Origin: an uncultured candidate division Zixibacteria bacterium
Lineage (GTDB): Bacteria; Zixibacteria; MSB-5A5; GN15; PGXB01
Direction of reading: 5' to 3'
DNA length: 64,000 nt
Assembly (NCBI GenBank): GCA_963702205.1
Contig: OY969724.1
Coordinates: 2,336,001-2,400,000, forward strand
Shown here: positions 30,270-40,262 of the stretch, piece after piece
Layout: each line of letters opens with the position of its first letter
Numbering within the stretch: position 1 is the stretch's first letter
Notes under the pieces: model-generated
Databases searched by the model: none
Told to the model about the DNA's origin: nothing
Seen by the model: only the letters and a program-made list of their open reading frames with translations
Position numbers and translations under genes: made by a program

Positions 30270-31184
30270 ATGAATCCGATTCAGAAGTGGGCTATGGCGG
30301 TAAGGGCACCGTTTTTCACGGGGATAATTATCCCGGTCCTGTTCGGGGCGACTCTGGCCTTTTACGAAACCGGGCATTTCAACTGGGCGACATTTTTCGT
30401 GACGCTGTTCGGGGCGGTTTTTGCCCACGCGGCGGCGAATATGACCAACGATTATTTTGATCATAAGTCCACCGATGATGAGATCAACGAAAACTATACA
30501 CCGTTTTCAGGCGGCAGCCGGGTGATCCAGAACAAGCTTATGAGTCCCAAAACGGTTTTGACCGGGGCGTTTGTCTTCTGGTTTTTGGCGCTGGCCTGTG
30601 GGGTGTACCTGACTATCGTCACGCCGGGCTACTGGGTTCTCGTTTTGGCGACGGCGGGATTTATCGGCGGATTTTTCTATACCGCCGGTCGGTTCGCGTT
30701 TTCGTACCACGGTCTCGGCGAAATCATGATTCATATCAATTTCGGCATCTTGCCGGTGATGGGTGCCTATTATGTCCAGACCGGATATTTCAGCTGGGCG
30801 GCGTTCTGGACGTCGTTTCCGATCGGGTTTTTGATCACGGCAATTTTGTATATTAATCAATATCCCGATTTCGACGCCGATAAGGCGGTCGGGAAGAACA
30901 ACCTGGTGGTCAAGCAGGGCAAAAAGATGTCCATGGCCGGGTATTACTTCCTGATATTCGGAAGCTACGGCGGGGTAGTATTGTCGGTAGTTTTCGGCAT
31001 TTTGAGTCCGTATTCATTGGTGGCGCTGGTGTCGCTACCGATCGCGCTCAAGACGGTTCGAACTTTTGCGCGGGAATATGAGAAAATAAAGGAGCTTGTT
31101 CCGGCGATGGCCGGGACTATCCAGACCCATCTGTTGGTGGGGGTCCTGATGTCGGTCGGGTGTATCGCCGGGGGGCTGTTATAG
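30270..31184 (+). CDS. menA: 1,4-dihydroxy-2-naphthoate prenyltransferase (UbiA family)
   Basis: RAPF, NMTNDYFD, FSGGS, YHGLGE, INQYPDFDADKAVGK. Confidence 0.85.
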   Translation: MNPIQKWAMAVRAPFFTGIIIPVLFGATLAFYETGHFNWATFFVTLFGAVFAHAAANMTNDYFDHKSTDDEINENYTPFSGGSRVIQNKLMSPKTVLTGAFVFWFLALACGVYLTIVTPGYWVLVLATAGFIGGFFYTAGRFAFSYHGLGEIMIHINFGILPVMGAYYVQTGYFSWAAFWTSFPIGFLITAILYINQYPDFDADKAVGKNNLVVKQGKKMSMAGYYFLIFGSYGGVVLSVVFGILSPYSLVALVSLPIALKTVRTFAREYEKIKELVPAMAGTIQTHLLVGVLMSVGCIAGGLL

Positions 31185-31202
31185 TCAATCCGGGTGAAGG
31201 CC

Positions 31203-31231
31203 TTGACATTACAAGGATTGAAATATACATT
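31203..31231 (+). promoter_or_regulatory. Sigma70 promoter of tRNA-Gly
   Basis: TTGACA-N17-TACATT. Confidence 0.7.
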
Positions 31232-31246
31232 TTAATAAATTATAAA

Positions 31247-31318
31247 GCGGGCGTAATTCAGCGGTAGAATGCAAGCTTCCCAAGCTTGACGTCAAGGGTT
31301 CGACCCCCTTCGCCCGCT
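31247..31318 (+). tRNA. tRNA-Gly(CCC), CCA not encoded
   Basis: Acceptor GCGGGCG/CGCCCGC, anticodon arm CAAGC-TTCCCAA-GCTTG, T arm AAGGG-TTCGACC-CCCTT. Confidence 0.95.
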
Positions 31319-31330
31319 TAATTTTATGTC

Positions 31331-32614
31331 ATGAAAGTACAGTCGATACATCCCGATTCGCCTCTGTTCGGTTATGTCCGCACAGGGTGGCAGCTGGTTT
31401 CGGTCAACGGACGCGAAGTGACCGATACGCTCGACTATCAGTTCAAGTCGGCCGATGACCATCTGTCGCTCATATTCGAGAACTCCGATGGTGCTGCGAA
31501 GAAGTTTGATTTCGGCGTGGAGCGTCCCAATGATCTGGGGGTGATATTCGAAGACGACAGAATTCTCCGTTGCAAGGCCAACTGCATATTCTGCTTCGTA
31601 CACCAGCAGCCCAAAGGGATGCGCCGGTCGCTTTATGTCAAGGACGATGACTTTCGGCTGTCGTTCAAGCACGGCAATTTCGTGACGCTGTCCAATCTGA
31701 CCAGGCAGGACGTTGATCGCATAATAGCGCAGGGGTTGTCGCCGCTCTATGTGTCGGTGCACGCGACCGACAACAAGCTGCGGCGGTGTCTGCTTCGCAA
31801 TGAAAAGCTGGAGCCGATTGTGCCGATGCTGAAGCGACTTATTGGGGCGGGAATAGTTTTTCATACACAGGTAGTAGTGTGTCCGGGGATAAACGATGGC
31901 CCGGCGCTGAACCGCACTATAGAAGATCTTGCCAAACTGTATCCGGGGGTGCGGACTATCGGTATTGTTCCGGTCGGGCTGACCAGGTACAGACAAAAGC
32001 TGACGCCGTTGAAAACGTACGATAGAGGTAGTGCGGCAGAAATGATTGATATTATCAATTCGTTTCAAAAAGAATTCCTTCAAAGGTACGGTACACGGCT
32101 GGTCTTCGCGGCCGATGAGTTTTATGTTCTGGCCGGCCACGATGTGCCGCGCTTGTCCGAATACGAAGAGATGGAGCAGTTCGAAAACGGAATCGGGATG
32201 CTGCGCTGGACGATCACCCAGTTTAATCGCCGCAAGAAATCACTGTATAAGACAAAATCAAAAAAGAAAATCGCGGTGATAACCGGTGTTTCGGCGGCTC
32301 CAACCCTGCAAAAAGAAATTATCGAGCCTCTGGTTGCTGAGACCGGATTCAATGTCGGTCTCATACCAATAGAAAATAAATTCTGGGGGAAGACGGTTAC
32401 GGTCAGCGGCCTGTTAACCGGCGGGGATATAATGCGTACGGTCAAGAAAATAGATAACAACTATGATACCATACTTTTACCGCCGAATTGCATCAACGAT
32501 GACAACCTGTTTTTGGATGATATGAAACTCGATTATTTAAAAAATAAATCCGAGGCCGAGATAAAAGTCGGCAGTTATTTTATTGCCGACTCGTTAAGAG
32601 AGGCGTTGTCATGA
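31331..32614 (+). CDS. DUF512 radical-SAM-like Fe-S protein with N-terminal PDZ domain
   Basis: CKANCIFCF, SLYVKDDDFRLSF, SPLYVSVH, QFENGIG, VSGLLTGGD. Confidence 0.9.
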   Translation: MKVQSIHPDSPLFGYVRTGWQLVSVNGREVTDTLDYQFKSADDHLSLIFENSDGAAKKFDFGVERPNDLGVIFEDDRILRCKANCIFCFVHQQPKGMRRSLYVKDDDFRLSFKHGNFVTLSNLTRQDVDRIIAQGLSPLYVSVHATDNKLRRCLLRNEKLEPIVPMLKRLIGAGIVFHTQVVVCPGINDGPALNRTIEDLAKLYPGVRTIGIVPVGLTRYRQKLTPLKTYDRGSAAEMIDIINSFQKEFLQRYGTRLVFAADEFYVLAGHDVPRLSEYEEMEQFENGIGMLRWTITQFNRRKKSLYKTKSKKKIAVITGVSAAPTLQKEIIEPLVAETGFNVGLIPIENKFWGKTVTVSGLLTGGDIMRTVKKIDNNYDTILLPPNCINDDNLFLDDMKLDYLKNKSEAEIKVGSYFIADSLREALS

Positions 32615-33921
32615 GCCTGCCGCTGGTGGCTATAATCGGACGGCCCAACGTCGGAAAGTCGTCGCTGTTCAACCGCCTGCTGCGCAGGCGCATCGCAATT
32701 GTCGATGACATGCCGGGTGTGACGCGTGACCGCAATTACGCAATGTGCGACTGGAATGGGCGGGAGTTTTACTTGGTCGATACCGGCGGGATGATTCCCG
32801 AGACGCCCAAGGGCGTCGACCGTCTGGTGCTCGAACAGGCCGAAGAGGCCGTAATGCAGGCCGATCTTACGCTGTTAGTGGTCGATTGCCAAACCGGGGC
32901 CGACCGTGCCGATGAACTGATCGCGAGGCGGTTACAGAAATCGAAACGCAAAGTCCTGCTGCTGGTCAATAAGGCCGACAACGATTCTCTTGCGGTCAAT
33001 CGGTATGAATTTTACAAACTCGGGCTCGATGAACCGTGCCCGGTATCGGCCAACACCGGGTTCGGTATCGGTGATGCTCTCGATAAGCTGGTCGAGCTCC
33101 TGCCCGAAGAAGCAGTCGATGCCGGTCAAGAAGACGCAATTCGAATCGCTGTCATCGGACGGCCCAACGTGGGGAAATCGTCGTTCATAAACTCGCTGAT
33201 CGGGGAAGAGAGGGTGATCGTTTCGCCGACACCGGGGACGACGCGTGATGCGGTCGATACGCCGTTTGAATACGAGGGCAAAAAGTATGTTCTGATCGAC
33301 ACCGCCGGACTGCGCCGTAAGGCGCGGGTCAAAGAAGACCTGGAATTTTTCATGACGCTTCGGACTTTACGGGCGATCGAGAACTGCCATGTCGCGGTGG
33401 TATTGGTCGATGCCTCGGAAGGCATGATGGTGCAGGATTTGAAGGTGATCGAGGACGCCGTCGAGGCGCGCCGGGCACTGGTTCTGGCGGTCAACAAATG
33501 GGACCTGGTCGAAAAAGACGATCGCACCGCCGATATATTCGCCGAACAGGTTAAGAAATTCCTGGGCCTGCATGGCTACATTCCACAAATATACATTTCC
33601 GCCTTAAGCGGCAAACGGGTCGCCAGGACTATCGCGCTGGTCGATGCCGTGTACGAAAACTGGAACCGTCGCATACCGACCGCGGAACTCAATGCTTTTA
33701 TAGAAAACCTGGTGGCCCGTCAGCCGCCGGCGGCGATCAAGGGTAAGTACATCAATATTTATTATGCGACTCAGGCCGACGTCGCCCCCCCGACTTTCAC
33801 GTTTTTCTGCAATCATCCTCAGCTGCTTCAAAAGAGCTATTTGCGATATATCAATAATCAGCTCCGCGAAAGCTATGATTTCGCCGGGGTGCCGTTCCGG
33901 ATCAAATTCAAGAAACGATAA
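32611..33921 (+). CDS. der: Ribosome biogenesis GTPase Der
   Basis: Two GRPNVGKS P-loops, DTGG/DTAG, NKAD/NKWD, KH-like C-terminus. Confidence 0.96.
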   Translation: MSLPLVAIIGRPNVGKSSLFNRLLRRRIAIVDDMPGVTRDRNYAMCDWNGREFYLVDTGGMIPETPKGVDRLVLEQAEEAVMQADLTLLVVDCQTGADRADELIARRLQKSKRKVLLLVNKADNDSLAVNRYEFYKLGLDEPCPVSANTGFGIGDALDKLVELLPEEAVDAGQEDAIRIAVIGRPNVGKSSFINSLIGEERVIVSPTPGTTRDAVDTPFEYEGKKYVLIDTAGLRRKARVKEDLEFFMTLRTLRAIENCHVAVVLVDASEGMMVQDLKVIEDAVEARRALVLAVNKWDLVEKDDRTADIFAEQVKKFLGLHGYIPQIYISALSGKRVARTIALVDAVYENWNRRIPTAELNAFIENLVARQPPAAIKGKYINIYYATQADVAPPTFTFFCNHPQLLQKSYLRYINNQLRESYDFAGVPFRIKFKKR

Positions 33922-33956
33922 AATTATTTTTTAAGCGTACTAATTTGCCGGGGCCC

Positions 33957-33983
33957 TTAATTTCAGCGTTTTTATGCCGAAAA
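33957..33983 (+). promoter_or_regulatory. Candidate sigma28 promoter
   Basis: TTAA-N15-GCCGAAAA, 7 nt before ATG 33991. Confidence 0.45.
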
Positions 33984-33990
33984 GCGGTAT

Positions 33991-35295
33991 ATGGCCGCCA
34001 AAAGTATAATTGACAACCGCGTTTTCGATCTGGAATCGCGCCTCGAAGAAACCTCGCTCAAGCTCAGTGACCTGACCACCATGGCGACGCTGGTGACCTC
34101 ACTTCTGGATATCGAAAGCATCCTGTCGGTCGCGATGGAAATGGCGGTGCGTATGGTCGGTGGTGAAGTGGGGGCGATTCTTATCGAAGAGAATAACGAA
34201 CTTGTTTCGCGCATCACCTGGGGAGTCGATGACACACTGGTCAAAAGCATACGGTACAAAGACGGCGAAGACGTGGCGACTTTTGCCTTCAACAAGCAGA
34301 CGCCGGTCGTCGATAACGCTTATGATTTCCCAGTCGAGCACGGGCCGCGGATAGAGAGCCTCCTGGCCATGCCGATTGCATCACGGGCGCAGTGCCACGG
34401 CACTATTCTTGTCATAAACAAGACTGACGGAAGCGGCTTCACCGACGCCGACAAGGAAAATATAAAGCTATTGGCGCAGTTTGCGGCGGTGGCTATCGAC
34501 AATTCCATGCTTCTCAAGGAATCTCTGGTTAAACAGAAGATGGACCAGGAACTTTCTACCGCCACCGAAGTGCAAAAGGCCATTTTGCCGGGCAAAGACG
34601 TCAAAATCGACGGGGTCGAAGTCGGGACGCTGTATGTTCCGGCGAGGCACGTCGGCGGCGATTTTTATGATATAATCGAGATCAGTGCCGATGAATTCAT
34701 GGTCGTGATCGGCGACGTCTCCAACAAGGGCGTCCCGGCGGCGCTGGTGATGTCGGCGACGATGGCAATAATAAGATCACAGTTGGCTCAATTCGATGGA
34801 ATCAAGCCTTCGGATTTGATGTCACATCTGAATAAAATACTCTGCGAGGGAATCATAAAGACCGAATCGATGTTTGTGACGCTGTTTATTGCCCTCTTCG
34901 ATTTGAAAAATCGCCGACTGACTTATTGCAACGCCGGTCATCCGCCACCATTATATTGGAAGGATCGCGAAAAAAATATAGTTGGGCTTAAAGCCGGAGG
35001 ACCGTTTGTCGGTCAGTTTGAGGACATCACTTACATTCAGAACGAAGAAGCTATCGAAGAGGGCGACCACTTTTTCGCATTTACCGATGGCCTTAGCGAA
35101 GCCGCCGATGAGAAGGACAACCTTTTCGGCCTGGAACGGGCCCAGCAGGTTTTTGCGAGCACCCGCGACCTGAACGCACAGGAGTTTTGCGAACAAACGC
35201 GCAGCTATATCGATCGGTTCAGTCGTGACGGTGACATCAGAAATATCGACGATCTCACTATTATGAAAATTATCATAAAGAACAAACCGCAATGA
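33991..35295 (+). CDS. GAF-PP2C phosphatase (RsbU/SpoIIE family)
   Basis: GAF domain; VGGDFYD, IGDVSNKG, NAGH, FTDGLSEA, DDLT. Confidence 0.9.
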   Translation: MAAKSIIDNRVFDLESRLEETSLKLSDLTTMATLVTSLLDIESILSVAMEMAVRMVGGEVGAILIEENNELVSRITWGVDDTLVKSIRYKDGEDVATFAFNKQTPVVDNAYDFPVEHGPRIESLLAMPIASRAQCHGTILVINKTDGSGFTDADKENIKLLAQFAAVAIDNSMLLKESLVKQKMDQELSTATEVQKAILPGKDVKIDGVEVGTLYVPARHVGGDFYDIIEISADEFMVVIGDVSNKGVPAALVMSATMAIIRSQLAQFDGIKPSDLMSHLNKILCEGIIKTESMFVTLFIALFDLKNRRLTYCNAGHPPPLYWKDREKNIVGLKAGGPFVGQFEDITYIQNEEAIEEGDHFFAFTDGLSEAADEKDNLFGLERAQQVFASTRDLNAQEFCEQTRSYIDRFSRDGDIRNIDDLTIMKIIIKNKPQ

Positions 35296-35717
35296 AACAG
35301 GTCAGGCACACATATTATTCGAATCCGGAATCGGAAGACCTGATGTTCGGGGATGTTAAAGCGTTTCTTCGGAATGTCCCCGTAAATGATAAGTTGTTGC
35401 ATAACATCCTCCTGGCCATTTCTGAGGCTTTTACCAATGCCCTGATTCACGGCAACAAGTGGGAAAGTTCAAAGACTATTGAAGTCATTCTCGCCATTAA
35501 GGATAGAGAGTTTCTTGCCGATATTATAGATGAAGGAACGTGCAACCTGTCCTTTCTGGAAGGACGTCCGGCGCCGGATCCAATGGCCGAGGGCGGAAGG
35601 GGCATGAGCCTTATTGAAAACTGCTGCGAAAGTGCAAGTTTCGGCAAAGATGAAAATACCGGGGGACTTAAGGTCTCTTTGAGATTTAACCTGGACGCGA
35701 AAATAACGGTAGGGTAA
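35292..35717 (+). CDS. Anti-sigma factor Ser kinase (RsbW-like)
   Basis: SEAFTNALIHGN, DEG, EGGRGMSLI. Confidence 0.88.
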   Translation: MKQVRHTYYSNPESEDLMFGDVKAFLRNVPVNDKLLHNILLAISEAFTNALIHGNKWESSKTIEVILAIKDREFLADIIDEGTCNLSFLEGRPAPDPMAEGGRGMSLIENCCESASFGKDENTGGLKVSLRFNLDAKITVG

Positions 35718-35737
35718 GAATAAAAGCGGAGGAGAAG

Positions 35738-36094
35738 ATGAATTTCAATTTGAAAGACGCCGGGAACGTCACCGTTGTCGAATTGACTGGTCGACTCGAC
35801 ATGAACAACGGCAACAAATTAAAAGAGGCCGTTAAAGGATTGCTTAAAGACGGAAAATCACAGATTCACATAAACCTGGCCGACGTCGATTTTGTCAACA
35901 GCTCCGGTCTGGGTGCGCTGGTTTCGATAATGAAGGAAATCCGTCTGCATCGCGGTCGTCTGACCATGTCCGATCTTGTCGAATATGTCCGGGAAATTTT
36001 CGAGATCACCCAGCTTTCTCACATTTTTGAAATATTCTCGACCGAACAGGAAGCTCTGAATTCGTACGAAATAGGCGTAGGCGGAAATTCCTGA
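35738..36094 (+). CDS. STAS anti-sigma factor antagonist (RsbV-like)
   Basis: GRLD, VDFVNSSGLG phosphoacceptor Ser motif, IFEITQL. Confidence 0.9.
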   Translation: MNFNLKDAGNVTVVELTGRLDMNNGNKLKEAVKGLLKDGKSQIHINLADVDFVNSSGLGALVSIMKEIRLHRGRLTMSDLVEYVREIFEITQLSHIFEIFSTEQEALNSYEIGVGGNS

Positions 36095-36109
36095 AAGCGA
36101 TAGGGGATA

Positions 36110-36547
36110 ATGACGTTGGACAAGACACCCAAGAGCATACTGGTCGTCGACGATGAACTTCTGATCCGCGACCTTCTTTACGATTTTTTCAGTGAGCGCG
36201 ACTGGCAGGTAGCTGTATGCGAATCGGCCGATAAAGCCATCGAGCAGTTGAAAAATCGGCGGTTCGAAATAGTCATCGTCGATTTAAAACTCCCGGAATC
36301 CGACGGGCTCTCCCTGATCGGCAAGATCAAAGCCTTTTTCCCCGATCTGCCGATTTTGATCGTAACCGGTTTCCCCAGCCTGGAATCGGCTATCTCGGCG
36401 GTGCGGTTAAGAGTCGAAGATTATATAGTAAAGCCCTTCAATATAAATAAACTTTTCAAGACCGCAGATTCCATTATCGAAAACAGAAGAAATATAAAGA
36501 AGGCGCACGAAGAAGAAACCGAAGACTATCATCATAAAAGCCAGTAA
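36110..36547 (+). CDS. Single-domain response regulator
   Basis: LVVDDE, VDLKLP, VTG, KPF. Confidence 0.9.
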   Translation: MTLDKTPKSILVVDDELLIRDLLYDFFSERDWQVAVCESADKAIEQLKNRRFEIVIVDLKLPESDGLSLIGKIKAFFPDLPILIVTGFPSLESAISAVRLRVEDYIVKPFNINKLFKTADSIIENRRNIKKAHEEETEDYHHKSQ

Positions 36548-36645
36548 CCTCGATAACGATATATAAATCGGGGTATTATGATCTTTAAATAATCTATCAT
36601 TATTGACTTTATTTAATAGTTTTTTATTGCATCGATTCCCAAATG

Positions 36646-36658
36646 GGAATATTTTTCC
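36646..36658. promoter_or_regulatory. GGAA-N5-TTCC palindrome
   Basis: GGAATATTTTTCC; same motif at 41024 and 49509. Confidence 0.55.
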
Positions 36659-36681
36659 TATCGGATAAGGGAGACGAGTTC

Positions 36682-37989
36682 ATGGATGAAGAGAAAGTCC
36701 TGGACATTGATTTGTCCGAAAGCATTGCCGCATTTACGGAACGATACAGTTCTTTCAGTAATGTCATAAACCGCATGCAGCGCCAGTACCTGGCGTTGAA
36801 AGATACTTACACCCGACAAAGCGATGAACTGCGTTCGGTCAACGAATCGCTGCAGGGTCTCGTCTCTGAAAATCGCACCGTCACCGAATTTTTGAATTCA
36901 ATTCTCGTCTCGCTTTCATCGGGCGTGATAGCAGTCGATGATAAAGGACTAGTGACACATATCAATCCGTCGGCGATGAAAATTCTCGGCCTGCCCGGAG
37001 AAGTTTCATCTGTACGGGGCAATCATTATGCCGATATAATCGTTCCGGTCGACAATGCCGAGTTTTCGGCGGTGGGCACGGTCGGCAGCGGCTTGTGCAT
37101 CGATTCCAAAGAGAAGAAGATTGAAACCTATTACGGCACGGTCGTCACGATTCAGGTTTCCACGTCGGTTTTGAAAGACAAGCAGGGCGAAATTACCGGC
37201 GCCGTGGAGCTTTTTTCGGATATATCCAAAGTCAAACAGCTCGAAGAAAAATTATCGCGCATGAAAGTGCTGGCCTCGCTGGGAGAGCTGGCGGCGGCGA
37301 TTGCGCACGAGGTCCGCAATCCGCTCCTGGCGATCAATGGCTTTGCCTCGCTTCTGGTCCGCGACCTCGAGAATGATCCGGCAAAAAGAGCTATGGCCGA
37401 GAAAATTGTCACCGGCGTCAGCAATATCAATAAGACCATACAAAACTTGCTCGATTTTGCACACAATGATGACATAAATAAAATTCCGGTAACATTAAGC
37501 GAATATTTGCACTCGATATTGGAGGAGTTTTCGGACCACTTGGGACCGGAAAAAACTGTGGCCGATATTAAACGGGACTTGAAAGTGGATGATGAAGCCG
37601 TGATAGAAGTCGACCCGCATTTGTTCCGCCAGGCTTTGTTTAACCTGATAAAAAATGGTCTGGAAGCTGGTGGGGACAAACCGGAAGTGACCATTTCCTG
37701 CCGAACCCTGCCGTTGGATAAATCACAGTCGGAGTATGGCAAAAGGCTGGAGTTGTCCGGTCTGGATAGACTGACCGAAATAAAAATCCGGGACAACGGA
37801 CCCGGCATTCCGAAACACCAGATTGACCGCATTTTTACGCCGTTTTATTCGACTAAAGAAAACGGGACCGGTCTGGGGCTGGCTATCGCGTGGAAAATTA
37901 TCAAAGCGCACGGGGGAGATTTATGTCTGGCCGAACACGGGCCCGACGGTACCGAGTTCTCAATTGTTTTGCCCATGAAAGTTATCTAA
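36682..37989 (+). CDS. Cytoplasmic PAS histidine kinase (FleS/FlrB-like)
   Basis: N-terminal coiled coil, PAS, AHEVRNPL H-box, NLIKNG, DNGPG, GTGLGL; no TM segment. Confidence 0.88.
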   Translation: MDEEKVLDIDLSESIAAFTERYSSFSNVINRMQRQYLALKDTYTRQSDELRSVNESLQGLVSENRTVTEFLNSILVSLSSGVIAVDDKGLVTHINPSAMKILGLPGEVSSVRGNHYADIIVPVDNAEFSAVGTVGSGLCIDSKEKKIETYYGTVVTIQVSTSVLKDKQGEITGAVELFSDISKVKQLEEKLSRMKVLASLGELAAAIAHEVRNPLLAINGFASLLVRDLENDPAKRAMAEKIVTGVSNINKTIQNLLDFAHNDDINKIPVTLSEYLHSILEEFSDHLGPEKTVADIKRDLKVDDEAVIEVDPHLFRQALFNLIKNGLEAGGDKPEVTISCRTLPLDKSQSEYGKRLELSGLDRLTEIKIRDNGPGIPKHQIDRIFTPFYSTKENGTGLGLAIAWKIIKAHGGDLCLAEHGPDGTEFSIVLPMKVI

Positions 37990-38005
37990 ACGGGGAGATT
38001 TAGAA

Positions 38006-39367
38006 ATGAAACTGGACATACTGGTAGTCGACGACGACCGTCTGGTCAACGACTTTTTAACCGAAACCCTGACCCGTCTGGGGCACAACGTTGAATCGGT
38101 CCTGTCCGCCGAAGACGCTTTAGTCTGTTTGGATGAATCGAAATACGATCTCATGGTTTCCGATATAAAAATGAAGGGCATGGACGGCATCACTCTTCTG
38201 GGCCGGGCGAAAACGATGCAGCCGGAAGTTATGGCCATTATGATTACGGCGTATGGGACCGTGGAGAATGCCGTCAAAGCCATGAAGATAGGCGCTTATG
38301 ACTATTTGCTCAAACCGGTGTCCCCTGATAATATCGAAATCGTGGTCGGCCGGGCGGCCGAAGTGATCGAACTACGCCGTGAAAATAAGATGCTCAAATC
38401 CGATCTGGCCGAAAAATACCAGAATATCATCGGCAAGTCGCAACGTATTAAACAGGTCTTCGATCTGATCGAGACGACCGCCGATGCCCGCTCCACGGTT
38501 CTCATTACGGGTGAATCGGGCACAGGTAAGGAACTGGTTGCCAGAGCGATTCATTATGCTTCGCCGCGCCGCGACAATCCGTTTATCAAATTGAACTGCG
38601 CGGCGCTGCCGGAAAACCTGGTCGAAGCCGAAATGTTCGGCTATGAAAAAGGGGCCTTCACCGGAGCCGTCAGGCAGCATAAAGGCCGTTTTGAGCTGGC
38701 TCATACCGGGACGCTGCTGCTGGATGAAATCACGGAAATGCCGCTGGGTCTTCAGGCCAAGCTGCTGAGAGTTATACAGGAGCGGGAATTCGAACGTCTC
38801 GGGTCGGGTAAACCGATCGAAGTGGACGTGCGCATTATTGCTACCTCGAACCGCGATTTGAAAAAGGCGATTGCGCTGGGTGAGTTCCGTGAGGACCTGT
38901 TTTTCCGCCTGAATGTCATCCCGATTCATATCGCGCCGCTTCGCGAACGGCTCGAGGATATCCCCCTTCTGGTGCAGCATTTTGTCAATAAGTACAACGC
39001 CGAGAATAACAAAAGCATTTCCGGGATCGATGACGACGTTCTAAAACTCCTCTTAAGATACCATTGGCCGGGAAACGTCCGCGAGCTTGAAAACTATGTC
39101 GAGCGGGCGGTCGTGACCGCTCCCGAAAGTGTCCTGACCCGGGATTGTTTCCCGAACGACCTGGCACTCGGGAAATTGTCGGAGCAGACACCGGGTATGG
39201 AAATCGGCATAACTCTCCAGGAGGGAGAGAAATATTTAATTCTCAAGACGCTGGAGAAATTCAACGGTAATAAAACCAAAGCCGCCGAAATCCTGAATGT
39301 TACCCCCCGGACCATTCGCAACAAGCTGGCCGAGTACGAAATAGAAGAGCCAGTCGAGCAGGATTAA
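38006..39367 (+). CDS. Sigma54-dependent response regulator (FleR/FlrC/AtoC-like)
   Basis: REC, GESGTGKE, GAFTGA, LLDEI, WPGNVREL, Fis-type HTH. Confidence 0.93.
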   Translation: MKLDILVVDDDRLVNDFLTETLTRLGHNVESVLSAEDALVCLDESKYDLMVSDIKMKGMDGITLLGRAKTMQPEVMAIMITAYGTVENAVKAMKIGAYDYLLKPVSPDNIEIVVGRAAEVIELRRENKMLKSDLAEKYQNIIGKSQRIKQVFDLIETTADARSTVLITGESGTGKELVARAIHYASPRRDNPFIKLNCAALPENLVEAEMFGYEKGAFTGAVRQHKGRFELAHTGTLLLDEITEMPLGLQAKLLRVIQEREFERLGSGKPIEVDVRIIATSNRDLKKAIALGEFREDLFFRLNVIPIHIAPLRERLEDIPLLVQHFVNKYNAENNKSISGIDDDVLKLLLRYHWPGNVRELENYVERAVVTAPESVLTRDCFPNDLALGKLSEQTPGMEIGITLQEGEKYLILKTLEKFNGNKTKAAEILNVTPRTIRNKLAEYEIEEPVEQD

Positions 39368-39408
39368 GGCCGGCTTATATCTACCATAGATTAAGCACCC
39401 GAAATCGT

Positions 39409-39435
39409 TCAAAATTCCCGCAATTTTGCCGATAT
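39409..39435 (+). promoter_or_regulatory. Sigma28 promoter of motAB
   Basis: TCAA-N15-GCCGATAT. Confidence 0.65.
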
Positions 39436-39495
39436 TTTCTATAATTGCATATTTTTACCAGGTGGCGGGGAAATTACGCCCGCTGACGGATAATT

Positions 39496-40260
39496 ATGGA
39501 TATAGCTACTTTTGGTGGTTTAATTCTCGGCATAGGTGCGGTACTTGTCTCCTTCGTTATGGAAGGCGGCAATCTTAATTCTATAATACAGGCTCCGGCG
39601 ATGATGATTGTCATCGGCGGAACTATCGGCGCCACCGTGGTGACGACGTCGGTTTATACCGTTCGTCAGGTGCCGACGTTTATTCGTCTGGCTTTCAGTC
39701 ACCGCAAGGCCGACCTGATGGCCACCGTCGAGCGGATCGTCAAGCTGTCCGAAAAAGCCCGCAAAGAGGGTATCCTCGGCCTCGAAAAAGAACTGGGCGA
39801 TATTGCCGATCCGTTTTTCCGCAAGGCGGTGCGGCTGGTAATCGACGGCAGCGAGGCGACCGATCTGAAAAATATTCTCGAAACCGAGATAGCCTATGTC
39901 GAGGACCGTCATAAGAAGGGCATTTTGTTCTTTCAGAAAATGGGCGGCTTTTCTCCGACCATGGGCATTATCGGAACCGTCCTCGGGCTGATTCACACCC
40001 TGAGCAATACCGCCAACGCCGACCGTATGGCCCAGGCTATCGCGGGGGCTTTTATCGCTACCCTCTGGGGAGTCGCGCTGGCTAATCTTTGTTATCTTCC
40101 GCTCAGCGATAAACTCAAAATGCGCCACGAAGACGAGCTGGCGAATCTCGATCTTATAACTGAAGGTGTCATCGCCATACAATCGGGTGACAACCCGCGC
40201 GTTGTCCGCACCAAACTTCTCTCATTTCTGGCACCGCACATGCGGCACGGAGACGACTAA
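39496..40260 (+). CDS. motA: Flagellar stator protein MotA
   Basis: IVIGGT, ARKEGILGLE, PTMGIIGTVLGLI, AFIATLWG. Confidence 0.93.
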   Translation: MDIATFGGLILGIGAVLVSFVMEGGNLNSIIQAPAMMIVIGGTIGATVVTTSVYTVRQVPTFIRLAFSHRKADLMATVERIVKLSEKARKEGILGLEKELGDIADPFFRKAVRLVIDGSEATDLKNILETEIAYVEDRHKKGILFFQKMGGFSPTMGIIGTVLGLIHTLSNTANADRMAQAIAGAFIATLWGVALANLCYLPLSDKLKMRHEDELANLDLITEGVIAIQSGDNPRVVRTKLLSFLAPHMRHGDD

Positions 40261-40262
40261 TC

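Noticed and set aside
31247..31318. tRNA-Gly as an integration site
   Set aside because: Flanked by core genes; no duplicated 3' end or integrase seen
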